NCBI GenBank assembly: GCA_051294375.1
Contig: CM119270.1
Coordinates: forward strand, 13,549,833 to 13,613,832
DNA: 64,000 nucleotides
DNA from: Paraspadella gotoi
Taxonomy: Eukaryota > Animalia > Chaetognatha
Reading direction: 5' to 3'
Shown here: positions 15,688-30,765 of the stretch, piece after piece
How the letters are laid out: each line of letters opens with the position of its first letter
How positions within the stretch are numbered: position 1 is the first letter of the stretch
Position numbers and translations under genes: made by a program
The notes under the pieces: model-generated
What the model saw: only the letters and a program-made list of their open reading frames with translations
What the model was told of the DNA's origin: nothing
The model's database searches: none

Positions 15688-16135
15688 AGAGAGTAGAGAG
15701 AGAGAGAGAGAGAGAGAGAGGCACGCTGGATTCCCGACCGATAATCTTCTCAGGCTGCTGGGCTCAGGAGGGAAAGTGGGGCGTCTGGGTGGGAATGCAG
15801 GGTGAGGTCAGTTCGCACGAAGAAAAAGTAGGGTTGGAGGGTGAATTGGTGTGATTGGTAACTGATTGAAAACGGGGAGGAGAATTGAAAATCGGAGATT
15901 CTGGCCGACGAGCTTTGATAAGGAAAGAGAGATTGAGTTGAATGTTTCCAAGAGGAAAATATGGGACGAGGTGGATTCGGGAGGAAAAGAGAATAAATAA
16001 GAGAGGTTGAATGACGGAAAGAGGAAGAGATAAGAAATAGATAAGAATATGAGAAGTCGAAAACGGGTGGATGAGGGGACGAGGATGATGAGCGGTTGAG
16101 CATCGAAATTCGATGTGATGGATTCGATTCGGACA
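14957..16135 (+). repeat. Direct duplicate of ~8900-10045
   Basis: Collinear from CTTTCCCATTGTCTCTTTAAATG to GATTCGATTCGGA, with indel differences. Confidence 0.85.
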
Positions 16136-19100
16136 AAAAAGAAAAGAATTTTGATGAGACGGGAATTGCAAGAAGTCGGGATTTAAAAGGGAGGGAAAGA
16201 TCGGAGAAGAGGCGGGGGTCCGCAGAAGGGGAGTCGGGGGGGGGAGGAGATAGGGTGTGATATTGTGAAGGGAATTCGAAATGACTTCACGTGAGGATTT
16301 TGAATCGAGGATTTGGAATTAGGGTGACGTCTTCTGGCGATTTGGCCGGAGACTTTGGCCGGTGACTTTGGCCGGAGTCTTTCGATCGGATTGCCGTCGG
16401 GGTGATTGCTAAGGCGATTAGGGATTGCAGGCTGTCGATGCAATACGCCGAAAGATTTAGTCGATGGTAAAGTGAAAATTCTTTACACCAATTTCTTGCG
16501 TTATTATCATTTTGAAACAATAAAAATCTCTATCTTTGAAATTTTAGAAAACTGATAACGACAAAAAAAAAACTTGAAAAGTCTGTCGAAGCAAATTTAG
16601 GGTCGATATCCTCCGAAGCTAAACTTGGTGAGCTATCGATTTTTGGTGAACCTTTGGAACAGTGAAAAATAAGCCTCGTAATTTCGAAACCAAAGCTTTA
16701 ATATGAACCATCTGACCGACGAAAGCCTCCGAAGCAAAAGTTAAGTCGCCCTTTTTTTAAATTTTTTCATCGTTTTTATTAATTAATATATATGAGATTG
16801 ATACGCTCTTCTTTTTCCTCTGGTGTGAATTTAAATAATATATGGTGCTACAAAAATACAAAAATACATTTTATCCTTTGATAATATCTAATATTACTCG
16901 AACTCTTCCAAACCCCGACTACCACTGGCCTTCTCCTTATCTCATTCCCCCCCCCTCTCCCTCTCTGCTTTTCTTCTCTTCCCCTCCCCCCTCGTCCGGG
17001 TGAGGGATTTATTAAAACAAAAATCGCGGGGCGGATCCGATATTAAATTCTGCAGAGGATTTTATTTTTTGATTGTTTTCCCTGGAACTGAGGAAGACGA
17101 CGACGACGACGACGACGAAAAGACGAATGATGTTCCCTTCTGTGTCTCATTTGATAAAATCCTTCTCTTTCGCCAGAAGGTTCTCTCCCCATTTCCTTAC
17201 TGGATTTTTCTTTTTCTTTTTCGAAAGCTGGTGATTTTAATTAATTTTTTTTTTATTACATGGAAATATATATATATATATATCCCACTAAAACAACAAT
17301 CCCGTTCGTCGGGAATTCAGACTGGAATTAATTTCACCTTTAGTAAAAACCGATTCATCTCGTGACGACGACGACGACGACGACGACGCTATAACGACTA
17401 CGATTCAATGACGACCACGATACAGACGTTAACGACGACGACGACGACGACGTTAACGACGACGTTGACGACCGGCGAAGGGAACAACGCGCCAAAGGTC
17501 GTCACGCGGTTTTCAGGAATTCAGGAGAACAAATGACTGCGAACTGGAAAGGTACTGGAAAAGGAGGAGGAGGAGGAGGAGGAGGTCGGTAGTCAACTTT
17601 GGAAGAAGAACAATGGGAGGAAGGGAAGCGGAAAATAAAGAGGAGGAAGAGGAAAACGGAGAGGGAGGAAGAGGAAAAAGAAGAGGGAGGAAGAGGAAGA
17701 AAAAATGTCAAAAAAAAAAAGAGAAAAGAGCTCGAAGGAAAGATTTGAATACAAAAGAAAAAAAAAGATTAGAAAATTCAAATTTTCAAAATCCCCGGGA
17801 AGGCCGAAGGGAAAGAGGGAGGATGAGGAGGAGGAGGAGGAGGAGGAGGAGGAAGAGGAGGAGGAGAAACGGCGGATTAGGTACGAAACCCAAGAGCCAG
17901 ACGATAAGGGGGTTTTTGTGCTAACGACGTTTGAGGTCAGATTAGGTGGAACGGGAGAAATAAAGGAAGCCAGAGGGCGGGATATAAAAGGAAAGTAAGG
18001 AAGATGAATAGCGGAAGGAAAAAAAAAGGAAGAAAGGGTGAGAGAGAAAAAAGGAGAGGGAAAAAACAAAAGAATTAAGAAGTGATTTTTTGATAAATAT
18101 AAGAAAACAAAAACAATACGAAACGGTTCCCGCCAAATCGGTGATGCAACGCCGGGGAAAATCACGAAAGCGAACAAATAAAAGCGTAAGATAAAATGAG
18201 AGAATGAAAAAGGGGGAGGAATGAAAGGGGGGCGTGGGGGGGGAGGTGACGATTGGGCAGAGGGAAGAAGAAAGAGAGATAGATTAGAAATCGCCGAGAA
18301 GGCAAATGTTGGACCAGAACCAAGGGCATGTTCCAAGTCCAGTAGGAGTGGCCAGCGCCGGTCCGGGGAAAAGCACGATGGGAAAAAGGAAAGGGAATGG
18401 CAAAAGGAAAGGCGAAGGGAAAGAAAGAGTCAAGAAGAAAAGAAAAATAATTTTTTGAAGAAGAAAACAGGGTTAAGCGAACACTGGCGAGCGGAGAAAG
18501 GATAAAGCTTTTAACTTTAAAGCATAAGAGGCTATTTTTTAAAATCTATTTTATCTATAGATAAAATGGAAAAAAAGAAAAGAAAATAAAATAAAAGAAA
18601 AAAAAGAAAAAAAAGAAAGAAAAAAAGAAAAAAAAAGAAAGAAAGAGAAAAAGAAAGAAAAAAGAAAGAAAGAAAAGAAAAGAAAATAAGAAAAGAAAAG
18701 ACATAAAGGACATAGGGGGAGATGAATAAAATAGAGAATGAGTTAAGAGACTAAAGAAAAAAAATGAGGAAAATGGGCAGCGCGTTTTCAAGAAGAAGAA
18801 GAAGAAGAAGAAGAAGAAAAAGAAGAAGAGGAGGAGGAGGAGCATCCAGGCCGTGGGGCGTAGAGGGAGGTGAACGAGGTGATTAAGGAGGTGAATGAGA
18901 AGAACGAGACTTGGGTTTATGATGAGGTGAACGGGGAAAATAGAGTGAAGGAACTGATGAGAGGAATGAGGAAAATGATGAGAGGAATGAGGAAAATGAT
19001 GAGAGTAATGATGAAAATAATGAGAGGAAAGAGGAAAAAGAGAAAGTTGATGAGTGGAATGTGAAAAATGATTAGAGGAATGTGGAAAATGATAAAAAAA

Positions 19101-21196
19101 ATGAGGAAGTTGATGAGTTGAATGTGAAAAAGAATGAGATAAATGTGTAAAATGATAAAAAAAAATGACTAAAATGCTTAAAATAATTGAGAAAATGATG
19201 ACTGACAGGGTGAACAAGATATAAGACGAAGGAAATGAAAAGAAAAATGAGCTAAAAAACTATTAAATCTAGTAAAACTAGTAGATTTAAGATGGCGACG
19301 CCATTTTTGTTTCTGCGTAACAAGATCCGGTTTGTCTTTGTAAAATTCCCACGGGTTTTTTTCTTATTTTAAAGTGAACAGGCAACCAAGCAATATTCAC
19401 TGAGACATATGAAGCGTGCAAAACTACTCGCATCAAAAGCTTGCTCCCCGAATCTTCTGTACGCAGAATCCAGAACAATGTTTGAAGCGTGATGTTTGTT
19501 TGCTCTCAGCGAATCGCTTCTCCCGTAACCATGAGCGCACAACGCGTTGTTGCCTCGTTCAATTTAAACGCCGTCGCAAACACAGAGTTGCTCTTCCAGA
19601 GAAAGAGANNNNNNNNNNNNNNNNNNNNNNNNNNNNNNNNNNNNNNNNNNNNNNNNNNNNNNNNNNNNNNNNNNNNNNNNNNNNNNNNNNNNNNNNNNNN
19701 NNNNNNNNNNNNNNNNNNNNNNNNNNNNNNNNNNNNNNNNNNNNNNNNNNNNNNNNNNNNNNNNNNNNNNNNNNNNNNNNNNNNNNNNNNNNNNNNNNNN
19801 NNNNNNNNNNNNNNNNNNNNNNNNNNNNNNNNNNNNNNNNNNNNTTTTTTTCTTATCCGTTTTACTCTTTTCTTTCTCTCTTCCACTTTCTTGCTTTTTG
19901 GAGGGATCCAGCTTTTTTTCTCTTTTTTCTTTCTCTCTCTCTATATCTCTNNNNNNNNNNNNNNNNNNNNNNNNNAAACTTCGCAACCTGTTCCAAAAAG
20001 CTGAACGTTATTAAATAAAGAACTGAAGTCAGCTAACGTGATCGGAAACTACAGAGCACATTTGTGGTGCAAATACTGTTTCAAATAAATAGCTTGGTTA
20101 ATCTCGGGACAAAAAAATATTAATTATAAAAATTGATATTCAAGTTTACCAAAATAATTTTAACTTTTTAACGATTTCAATAGATTGCTTTAAATGACAA
20201 AGAAATAAGTAAAGCGTATTTACACTAAAGAAACAGAAAAGTCCCGATTACGATTCCTTCCGCGAACCGAAAGAATCACTGAGGCCCAGCGAAACCAGTA
20301 ACGATTTTCGATCGACAAAGGAATTGGCCGTTTTTAGCGTGTAGGTTCGAGCAACGATCCACATTCAATTAATCCTTTCCCCCCCCACTGTACGTCGAAA
20401 CCAAATTCGGACCGCAACTGTACGGTTCGACAGGAATTAGGTTTTCACGCAAAAGATTTTTAAAATCTCCGAATTACGAAGAAATTGTCTATCCCTCACC
20501 CCTCTTCTCCCTGACTTACCCGTTCGGGACGGGCATAGGATATCCTATCTCTATCGGAGTCAATGGATCCGGACTCTGATCCTTCTTCGATTCGCGATCT
20601 CGAGTAAAATTAATCTGTGATTCCTCTCGATTGCAATTTCAAGCCTGAGAAGTTCAAAACCATACTATATTTGATTTGCCTGATCAAATCCACAAATTGA
20701 CAATCTAAATTCTAAACGACTTAATGGGAGTATATCGCCTATATGAACTTCCACCCATCCTAAACCCTATGCCGACAATTGCACTCTCCTTCCCCGATTC
20801 TCGTTAGATGCGCGCTTCTCATCAGCGACCGGGGTGGGCGGGGGCATCGGGAGGGTCTTTTGGTGGTCCGGGTGGTGGTCAATTAAGAGTGGTATGCAAT
20901 GTGTGTGGCTTGGCGCTTCTGTAGTCTTCATGTTGAGCGGTAATGAGAATGGACGGAGAGAGAAGAAGAGAAACTGTCGTTTGGTTGAAAAAAAAGACGA
21001 ACAATCGGTCTAGGGCTCGTGGGGTAAGGGTAGAAGGGGCGAGGCGGGTGTCAGTCGAGCTATCGAGTCGTGCGTATATCTGTAAGGGAGGTTTGATGAC
21101 CGACTGGAGTGAACGACCCATTTAGGTCAGAAAATCAAAATGGCTTCGTCGAGGATGTTGGCTTTTTGCTCTGGGTATCTTTCACTGGCTGAGTGA

Positions 21197-21277
<81 letters not shown>

Positions 21278-21595
21278 CTCTAGCTATCTTTTAGATCGAG
21301 TTATTTATAAGAAACGAAAACTCGAACTTAGTTGACGTTAATCGTTCCTTGACACAAAATCACAAAACATTAAATCGACGCGAGCTTAAGTGACAAAAGT
21401 TTTTATTCAAGGGCTCAATATCTTACAATAATTATCAAATTAGTTTTTTGACGTTTTAATTATTAAGAAAAAAATTAACAATTTTAAAAATAGCGTGTTA
21501 TAAAGTATAAAAGTATCAACCCAAAATATTTTTCGGTTCCAAATGGACCAAAAAAAGACTGGCGGCCAGAGTCTAAAAAGTCTCTCTCTCTCTCA

Positions 21596-21628
<33 letters not shown>

Positions 21629-23659
21629 CTCTCTCTCTCTCTTTCAAATCTTCTCACTCGGTCGCCTCCCTCGCTCAATCACCAAAAGCAAAAAAAAAAA
21701 AGGGTGAAAAGAAAAATCGAACCCAAAGAAAGCGCACTTAAAAAAGAGAGCGATAGAGGATGGCAGAGTGCACGAGATATAGAGAGAGAAAAGAAAAAGA
21801 AGAAAAAAAGCGATAAAAAAGAAAGAAAGTGAAGAAAGAAAGAAAGAAGTAAAACGCGATAAGAAAATAAGAAGAAAAAAGACACTAAAGGACATAGGAG
21901 AGATGATAAAATAGAGAATGAGGTTAAGCAGACTAAAGAAAAACAAATACGATAAATGAGGCAGCGCGTTTGTTCAAGAAGAAGAAGAAAGAAGAAAGAA
22001 GAAGAAGGAAGAGGAGAAGAAGAAGAGAAGAGGAGGAGGAGGCAGCCATCCAGGCCGTGGGGCGTAGAAGGGAGGTGAACGAGTGATTAAGGAGGTGAAT
22101 GAGAAGAACGAGACTTGGGTTTATCATGAGGTGAACGGGGAAAACTAGAGTGAAGAACTGAGTTGGAGAGGAATGAGCCAAAATGATGAGAGACGAATGC
22201 AGCGAAAGATTGATGAGAGTAATGATGGAAAAGATAATGAGAGGAAAGAGGCAAAAAGGAGAAAGTTGATTGAGTGAATGTGAAAAATGATTAGAGGAAT
22301 GTGAAAATGATAAAAAAAAGAGGAAGTTGATGAGTTGTGAATGTGAAAAACGAATGAGATAAATGTGTAAAATGATAAAAAAAATTACTAAAATGCTTAA
22401 AATAATTGAGAAAAATGATGACTGACAGGGGTGAACAAGATATAGACGCAAGGAATGAAAAGAAAAATGCAGCTAAAAAACTATTATAATCTAGTAAAAC
22501 TAGTAGATTTAAGATGGCCGACCGCCATTTTTGTTTCCCGCTTAACAAGCATCCGTTTGTCTTGTAAAATTCCCACGGCGTTTTTTCATTTTAAAGTGAA
22601 CAGGCAACCAAGCAATATTAAACGAGACATGAAGCGCCTGCAAAACTACTCGCATCAAAAGCTTGCTCCCAATCTTCTGTACGCAGAATCCAGAACAATG
22701 TTGAAGCGTGATCGTTTGTTTGCTTCTCAGCGAATCGCTTCTCCGCGTAAACCATGAGCGCACAACGCGTTGTGCCTCGTTCAATTTAAACGCCGCGCCA
22801 AACACAGAGTTGCTCTTCCAGAGAATAGAGAGAGAGAGAGAAAGAGAGAGATGAGGAAGAGAGAGAGGGAAGGGGAAGGAGGGAGGGAGGAGGGAAAGAA
22901 AGGGAGGGAAAGAAAAGGGGAGGGACCTTTTTTGCCTTTGGGGTCTTTTTTTCCCAACGTTTTATTCCCCTTTTTTTTTTTTTTTCTTGCAATTCGTAAT
23001 TTCTGTGGTTTTTTTTTTCTTCCTTTCTTATACCGTTTTCTCTTTTCTTTCTCTCTTCCACTTTCTTGCTTTTTGAGGCGCATCCAGGCTTTTTTTTTCT
23101 CTTTTCTTTCTCTCTCTCTATATCTCCTCACACCATCTCGCATCTCTCTCTCGCTCTCTCTTTTAAGTGCGGCTTTCTTTGGTTCGATTTGTCTGTCACC
23201 TTTTTTTTTTTGCTTTTGTGATTGACGCGAGGGAGCGAGAGTGAGAAAAGATTTGAAAGCAGAGAGAGAGAGAGAGCTAAGAGAGAGAGAGAGAGAGAGA
23301 GAGCAGAGAGAGAGAAGAGAGACTTTTAGACTCTGGCCGCCAAGTTCTTTTTTTGTACATTTTTGAACCGAAAAATATTTTGGGTTGATACTATTTTTTT
23401 ACTTTATAACATGCTATTATTTAAAATTGTTAATTTTTTTCTTAAATAATTAAAACGTCAAAAACTAATGATAATTATGTAGATATTGAGCCTTGAATAA
23501 AAATAAAACGCTCGCGTCGATTTTATGCCTTTTGTGACATTTTGTGTCAAGGAACGATTAACGTCAACTCAAGTCGAGTTTTCGTTTCTATAAATAACTC
23601 GATCTAAAAGATAGCTAGAGGAGAGAGAGAGAGANNNNNNNNNNNNNNNNNNNNNNNNN

Positions 23660-24880
23660 AAACTTCGCAACCTGTTCCAAAAAGCTGAACGTTATTAAAT
23701 AAAGAACTGAAGTCAGCTAACGTGATCGGAAACTACAGAGCACATTTGTGGTGCAAATACTGTTTCAAATAAATAGCTTGGTTAATCTCGGGACAAAAAA
23801 ATATTAATTATAAAAATTGATATTCAAGTTTACCAAAATAATTTTAACTTTTTAACGATTTCAATAGATTGCTTTAAATGACAAAGAAATAAGTAAAGCG
23901 TATTTACACTAAAGAAACAGAAAAGTCCCGATTACGATTCCTTCCGCGAACCGAAAGAATCACTGAGGCCCAGCGAAACCAGTAACGATTTTCGATCGAC
24001 AAAGGAATTGGCCGTTTTTAGCGTGTAGGTTCGAGCAACGATCCACATTCAATTAATCCTTTCCCCCCCCACTGTACGTCGAAACCAAATTCGGACCGCA
24101 ACTGTACGGTTCGACAGGAATTAGGTTTTCACGCAAAAGATTTTTAAAATCTCCGAATTACGAAGAAATTGTCTATCCCTCACCCCTCTTCTCCCTGACT
24201 TACCCGTTCGGGACGGGCATAGGATATCCTATCTCTATCGGAGTCAATGGATCCGGACTCTGATCCTTCTTCGATTCGCGATCTCGAGTAAAATTAATCT
24301 GTGATTCCTCTCGATTGCAATTTCAAGCCTGAGAAGTTCAAAACCATACTATATTTGATTTGCCTGATCAAATCCACAAATTGACAATCTAAATTCTAAA
24401 CGACTTAATGGGAGTATATCGCCTATATGAACTTCCACCCATCCTAAACCCTATGCCGACAATTGCACTCTCCTTCCCCGATTCTCGTTAGATGCGCGCT
24501 TCTCATCAGCGACCGGGGTGGGCGGGGGCATCGGGAGGGTCTTTTGGTGGTCCGGGTGGTGGTCAATTAAGAGTGGTATGCAATGTGTGTGGCTTGGCGC
24601 TTCTGTAGTCTTCATGTTGAGCGGTAATGAGAATGGACGGAGAGAGAAGAAGAGAAACTGTCGTTTGGTTGAAAAAAAAGACGAACAATCGGTCTAGGGC
24701 TCGTGGGGTAAGGGTAGAAGGGGCGAGGCGGGTGTCAGTCGAGCTATCGAGTCGTGCGTATATCTGTAAGGGAGGTTTGATGACCGACTGGAGTGAACGA
24801 CCCATTTAGGTCAGAAAATCAAAATGGCTTCGTCGAGGATGTTGGCTTTTTGCTCTGGGTATCTTTCACTGGCTGAGTGA

Positions 24881-24961
<81 letters not shown>

Positions 24962-25279
24962 CTCTAGCTATCTTTTAGATCGAGTTATTTATAAGAAACG
25001 AAAACTCGAACTTAGTTGACGTTAATCGTTCCTTGACACAAAATCACAAAACATTAAATCGACGCGAGCTTAAGTGACAAAAGTTTTTATTCAAGGGCTC
25101 AATATCTTACAATAATTATCAAATTAGTTTTTTGACGTTTTAATTATTAAGAAAAAAATTAACAATTTTAAAAATAGCGTGTTATAAAGTATAAAAGTAT
25201 CAACCCAAAATATTTTTCGGTTCCAAATGGACCAAAAAAAGACTGGCGGCCAGAGTCTAAAAAGTCTCTCTCTCTCTCA

Positions 25280-25312
<33 letters not shown>

Positions 25313-27015
25313 CTCTCTCTCTCTCTTTCAAATCTTCTCACTCGGTCGCCTCCCTCGCTCAATCACCAAAAGCAAAAAAAAAAAAGGGTGAAAAGAAAAA
25401 TCGAACCCAAAGAAAGCGCACTTAAAAAAGAGAGCGATAGAGGATGGCAGAGTGCACGAGATATAGAGAGAGAAAAGAAAAAGAAGAAAAAAAGCGATAA
25501 AAAAGAAAGAAAGTGAAGAAAGAAAGAAAGAAGTAAAACGCGATAAGAAAATAAGAAGAAAAAAGACACTAAAGGACATAGGAGAGATGATAAAATAGAG
25601 AATGAGGTTAAGCAGACTAAAGAAAAACAAATACGATAAATGAGGCAGCGCGTTTGTTCAAGAAGAAGAAGAAAGAAGAAAGAAGAAGAAGGAAGAGGAG
25701 AAGAAGAAGAGAAGAGGAGGAGGAGGCAGCCATCCAGGCCGTGGGGCGTAGAAGGGAGGTGAACGAGTGATTAAGGAGGTGAATGAGAAGAACGAGACTT
25801 GGGTTTATCATGAGGTGAACGGGGAAAACTAGAGTGAAGAACTGAGTTGGAGAGGAATGAGCCAAAATGATGAGAGACGAATGCAGCGAAAGATTGATGA
25901 GAGTAATGATGGAAAAGATAATGAGAGGAAAGAGGCAAAAAGGAGAAAGTTGATTGAGTGAATGTGAAAAATGATTAGAGGAATGTGAAAATGATAAAAA
26001 AAAGAGGAAGTTGATGAGTTGTGAATGTGAAAAACGAATGAGATAAATGTGTAAAATGATAAAAAAAATTACTAAAATGCTTAAAATAATTGAGAAAAAT
26101 GATGACTGACAGGGGTGAACAAGATATAGACGCAAGGAATGAAAAGAAAAATGCAGCTAAAAAACTATTATAATCTAGTAAAACTAGTAGATTTAAGATG
26201 GCCGACCGCCATTTTTGTTTCCCGCTTAACAAGCATCCGTTTGTCTTGTAAAATTCCCACGGCGTTTTTTCATTTTAAAGTGAACAGGCAACCAAGCAAT
26301 ATTAAACGAGACATGAAGCGCCTGCAAAACTACTCGCATCAAAAGCTTGCTCCCAATCTTCTGTACGCAGAATCCAGAACAATGTTGAAGCGTGATCGTT
26401 TGTTTGCTTCTCAGCGAATCGCTTCTCCGCGTAAACCATGAGCGCACAACGCGTTGTGCCTCGTTCAATTTAAACGCCGCGCCAAACACAGAGTTGCTCT
26501 TCCAGAGAATAGAGAGAGAGAGAGAAAGAGAGAGATGAGGAAGAGAGAGAGGGAAGGGGAAGGAGGGAGGGAGGAGGGAAAGAAAGGGAGGGAAAGAAAA
26601 GGGGAGGGACCTTTTTTGCCTTTGGGGTCTTTTTTTCCCAACGTTTTATTCCCCTTTTTTTTTTTTTTTCTTGCAATTCGTAATTTCTGTGGTTTTTTTT
26701 TTCTTCCTTTCTTATACCGTTTTCTCTTTTCTTTCTCTCTTCCACTTTCTTGCTTTTTGAGGCGCATCCAGGCTTTTTTTTTCTCTTTTCTTTCTCTCTC
26801 TCTATATCTCCTCACACCATCTCGCATCTCTCTCTCGCTCTCTCTTTTAAGTGCGGCTTTCTTTGGTTCGATTTGTCTGTCACCTTTTTTTTTTTGCTTT
26901 TGTGATTGACGCGAGGGAGCGAGAGTGAGAAAAGATTTGAAAGCAGAGAGAGAGAGAGAGCTAAGAGAGAGAGAGAGAGAGAGAGAGCAGAGAGAGAGAA
27001 GAGAGACTTTTAGAC
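23660..27015 (+). repeat. Essentially exact duplicate of 19976-23331 (offset 3684)
   Basis: Both copies follow 25-N gaps, and the ORF track lists identical ORFs at an offset of 3684. The internal part 21880-23128 also duplicates ~18690-19950. Confidence 0.92.
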
Positions 27016-27327
27016 TCTGCCGCCAAGATTCTTTTTTTGTACATTTTGAACCGAATAAATTATTTTGGGTTGATACTTATTTTTTACTTTATAACACGCT
27101 ATTATTTAAAAATTGTTAATTTTTTCTAAATAATTAAAAACGCAAAAAAACTAATGATAATTATGTAGATATTGAGCCTTGAATAAAAACTTTGTCAACT
27201 TTAAGCATCCGCGATCCGATTTTATGCCTTTCTGATTTTGGTCAAGGAACGATAACGTCAACTCAAGTCGAGTTTCGTTTCTATAAATAACTCGATTAAA
27301 AGATACTAGAGGAGAGAGAGAGAGAGT

Positions 27328-27379
<52 letters not shown>

Positions 27380-28445
27380 TCACTCAGCCAGTGAAAGATA
27401 GAGACAAAAAGCCATCCCTCGACGAAGCCATTTGTTGATGTCTGAGCCTAAATGGTCGCTTCACTCCAGTCGGTCATCAACATCCCTTAAAGACTTCGCA
27501 CGACTCGATACTCGACTCACCCACGCCCCCCTTCTACCCTTACCCCACGAGCCCTACCATTGTTTCGTCTTTTTTTCAACCAACCAGTTTTCTCTTCTTC
27601 TCTCTCCGTCCATCTCATTACCCCTCAACCAAAGACTACAGAAGACGCCAACCACACACGTTGCATACCACTCCTATGACCCGCCACCCGGACCACCCAC
27701 AGACCAACCCCCGAATGCCCCACCGCCCAACCCGGTCGCTGATGAGAAGCGCGAGTCTAACGAGAATCGGGGAAGGAAATTGTCTGATAGGGTTAGGATG
27801 GGTGGGTGCCTTCTAGGTCGCTTACTTCCATTTGTTGTTTAGAATTTAGTTCGTCCAATTTGGATTTGATCAGGCAAATCAAATATAGTATTGGTTTTGA
27901 ACTTGCTCAGCCTTGAAATTGCATCGAGAGGATCCAATAGATAATTTTACACGAGATCGCGAATCGAAGAAGGAATCAGAGTCCGGATCATTGACTCCGA
28001 ATGGTGAGTTCCTATCCGTCCCCGAAGGGTAAGTCAGAGAGAAGAGGGTGAGGGATAGAAATTCTTCGATTCGGAGATTTTAATCTTTTGCGTGAAAACC
28101 TAATTCCTGTCGACCGTACAGTTGCGGTCCGAATTGGTTTCGACGTACAGTGGGGGGGGGGAGAGGAACTTAATTGATGTGGATCGTTGCTCGACCTACA
28201 GTAAAAACCCAATTCTTGTCGATCGAAAATCGTTACTGGTTTCGCTGGCCTCAGTGATTCTCGGTTCGCGGAAGGAATCGTGAACTCGGGACTTTTTCTG
28301 TTTCTTAGTGTAATGACGCTTACTTATTTCTTTGTCATTTAAAGCAATCTATTTGAATCGTTAAAAGTTAAAATATTTTGTAAACTTGAATATCATTTTA
28401 TAATTATATTTTTGTCCCGAGATTACCAGCATTATTTGAAACAGA
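26775..28445 (-). repeat. Inverted copy of ~23755-25495 (and 20070-21810)
   Basis: Reverse-complement match, e.g. GCGATCACTCAGCCAGTGAAAGATA versus TATCTTTCACTGGCTGAGTGATCGC, with many 1-nt indels. Confidence 0.85.
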
Positions 28446-30464
28446 ATTTTCCCTTCTCATTCAAAATCAACTCCAAATTCATGAATCATTAACGTTTTGA
28501 TTGAAAACCTTTAGCCCATATTTTTTTTTCAATTTTGAATATAAAAAAAAAAAAACTTCATTGAGTTCGAAGCAAAAAAATTGAAAGGGGTTCACAAGTA
28601 ATTTAACTCGTTTCGACTTTGGTCGTAATCGTTGTCGCCGTGTCGTCGTCGTCGTCGTCGCCATTTTCATGACCATCCTCTTCGGTAGTGCATTGTATTG
28701 CTGTCTTTCATCATCACCATCACCATTGCTGTGCAGATGTCGGTGTTGTTGTTTTTGTTTTCTGCTCACTTTCCGTTGCCGAGGCCGCGCTTCGACGTTC
28801 CTTGATGATTTCTTTTTTCGTCGTNNNNNNNNNNNNNNNNNNNNNNNNNNNNNNNNNNNNNNNNNNNNNNNNNNNNNNNNNNNNNNNNNNNNNNNNNNNN
28901 NNNNNNNNNNNNNNNNNNNNNNNNNNNNNNNNNNNNNNNNNNNNNNNNNNNNNNNNNNNNNNNNNNNNNNNNNNNNNNNNNNNNNNNNNNNNNNNNNNNN
29001 NNNNNNNNNNNNNNNNNNNNNNAGAGAGAGAGAGAGAGAGAGAGAGACTCGCAAAGCCAAAGGCAAAAGCGCAATCCACGAATCCGGCCTTTTTCACCTT
29101 CCTTCTCCTCAGCCCCGAGATTTCCTTCTTCCCTCGACGAATCATTTGCGGCGCTAACGTTATTTCCTGCCTCCCAACGCCCGGCGGGTTTTCTGACGAA
29201 TGACGAGTTCCNNNNNNNNNNNNNNNNNNNNNNNNNNNNNNNNNNNNNNNNNNNNNNNNNNNNNNNNNNNNNNNNNNNNNNNNNNNNNNNNNNNNNNNNN
29301 NNNNNNNNNNNNNNNNNNNNNNNNNNNNNNNNNNNNNNNNNNNNNNNNNNNNNNNNNNNNNNNNNNNNNNNNNNNNNNNNNNNNNNNNNNNNNNNNNNNN
29401 NNNNNNNNNNNNNNNNNNNNNNNNNNNNNNNNNNNNNNNNNNNNNNNNNNNNNNNNNNNNNNNNNNNNNNNNNNNNNNNNNNNNNNNNNNNNNNNNNNNN
29501 NNNNNNNNNNNNNNNNNNNNNNNNNNNNNNNNNNNNNNNNNNNNNNNNNNNNNNNNNNNNNNNNNNNNNNNNNNNNNNNNNNNNNNNNNNNNNNNNNNNN
29601 NNNNNNNNNNNNNNNNNNNNNNNNNNNNNNNNNNNNNNNNNNNNNNNNNNNNNNNNNNNNNNNNNNNNNNNNNNNNNNNNNNNNNNNNNNNNNNNNNNNN
29701 NNNNNNTCACGGTTAAGGTTCATTAAGCTCGCGCGGCCATTTAACCGAAGTACTTCACCTGACTTTTGGGTATCTTCGGCGCTTTCGTGCCGTCGGCCTT
29801 CGCAAGACGCATAAATTTGACTTATTTTTCTTTCGCTTTTGCCTTCGTTGAAAATTCTGTAGCTCAAACGTTCTTCTCAGTGTTATAGTTATAGTTATAG
29901 TTAAACGTGAACCTCTCAGATTGTCAGACGCCTTAGCCTTTAATTAGCGAAACAATTCTCGGTTCGCAAATCAGCCTTCGAGTCAAGTTGGCCGCTCACG
30001 AACGAACCCTTTACAGTTGGCAACAGTCCCAAAGTCAATCTAGCCAACAACCTCCGATCAGATTCCGATTGAAGCTCTATTGCGTTTCCTCTTCCACTCT
30101 TCATCTCGTCTCCACTCCCATTGTCTCTCCGCTTCCACTCTCAATCTCCTCAACATCTCTTTTTTCAGTTTCCACTCTGGACTGCATCTCCTCTCGGTCG
30201 CCCCTCGTTTTGTCTCCTACGTTTCCCTATTTTGACCCTTTTAACGAAAAGTCTCCTCCAGTTTAACCCCCTTTTTTCTCGCCTCATTTTTTTTTTCTTT
30301 TACGACTTTTTTCCTTTTTTTTTCGATGTCGTCGTCGTCGTTGTCCTCCTTTTCTCTTTCGTTAGCGAGGCTGTCATTTTTCTCGTCAGTTTGCCAGAAC
30401 GTTTTCTTTTTCTTCTCTCCGTGTTCTCCTCTTATCTTCGTCGCTTTCTTTCCTCCTCTAATCT

Positions 30465-30765
30465 ACTCAGCTCCTTTCCTCTGCTCCTTTCCTACGCTCC
30501 TTTCCTCCGCTCCTTCTCTCTGCTTCTTTTCTCCGAAAGCTTTCCTCAGCTCCTTTTCTTCGCCACTTTCTTCCGCCCCTTTCCTCTGCCCCTTTCCTCC
30601 GCTCCTTTCCTCCTCTCCTTCTCTCTTTTTCTTTTCTCCCACAGCTTTCCTCGGCCACTTGACTCAGCTCCTTTTCTTCGCCTCTTTCCTCCGCCTCTTT
30701 CCTCAACTCCTTTCCTCCACTCCTTTCCTCCACTACTTTCGTCCGCTCCTTTCCTCCGTCTCCTC
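30465..30765 (+). repeat. Degenerate 13-bp pyrimidine-rich tandem repeat
   Basis: Recurrent CTCCTTTCCTCCG units. Confidence 0.75.

Noticed and set aside
27735-27780. CTGATGAG as a hammerhead core (also on the minus strand near 20820 and 24505)
   Set aside because: There is no stem II followed by GAAA and no stem I/III pairing.
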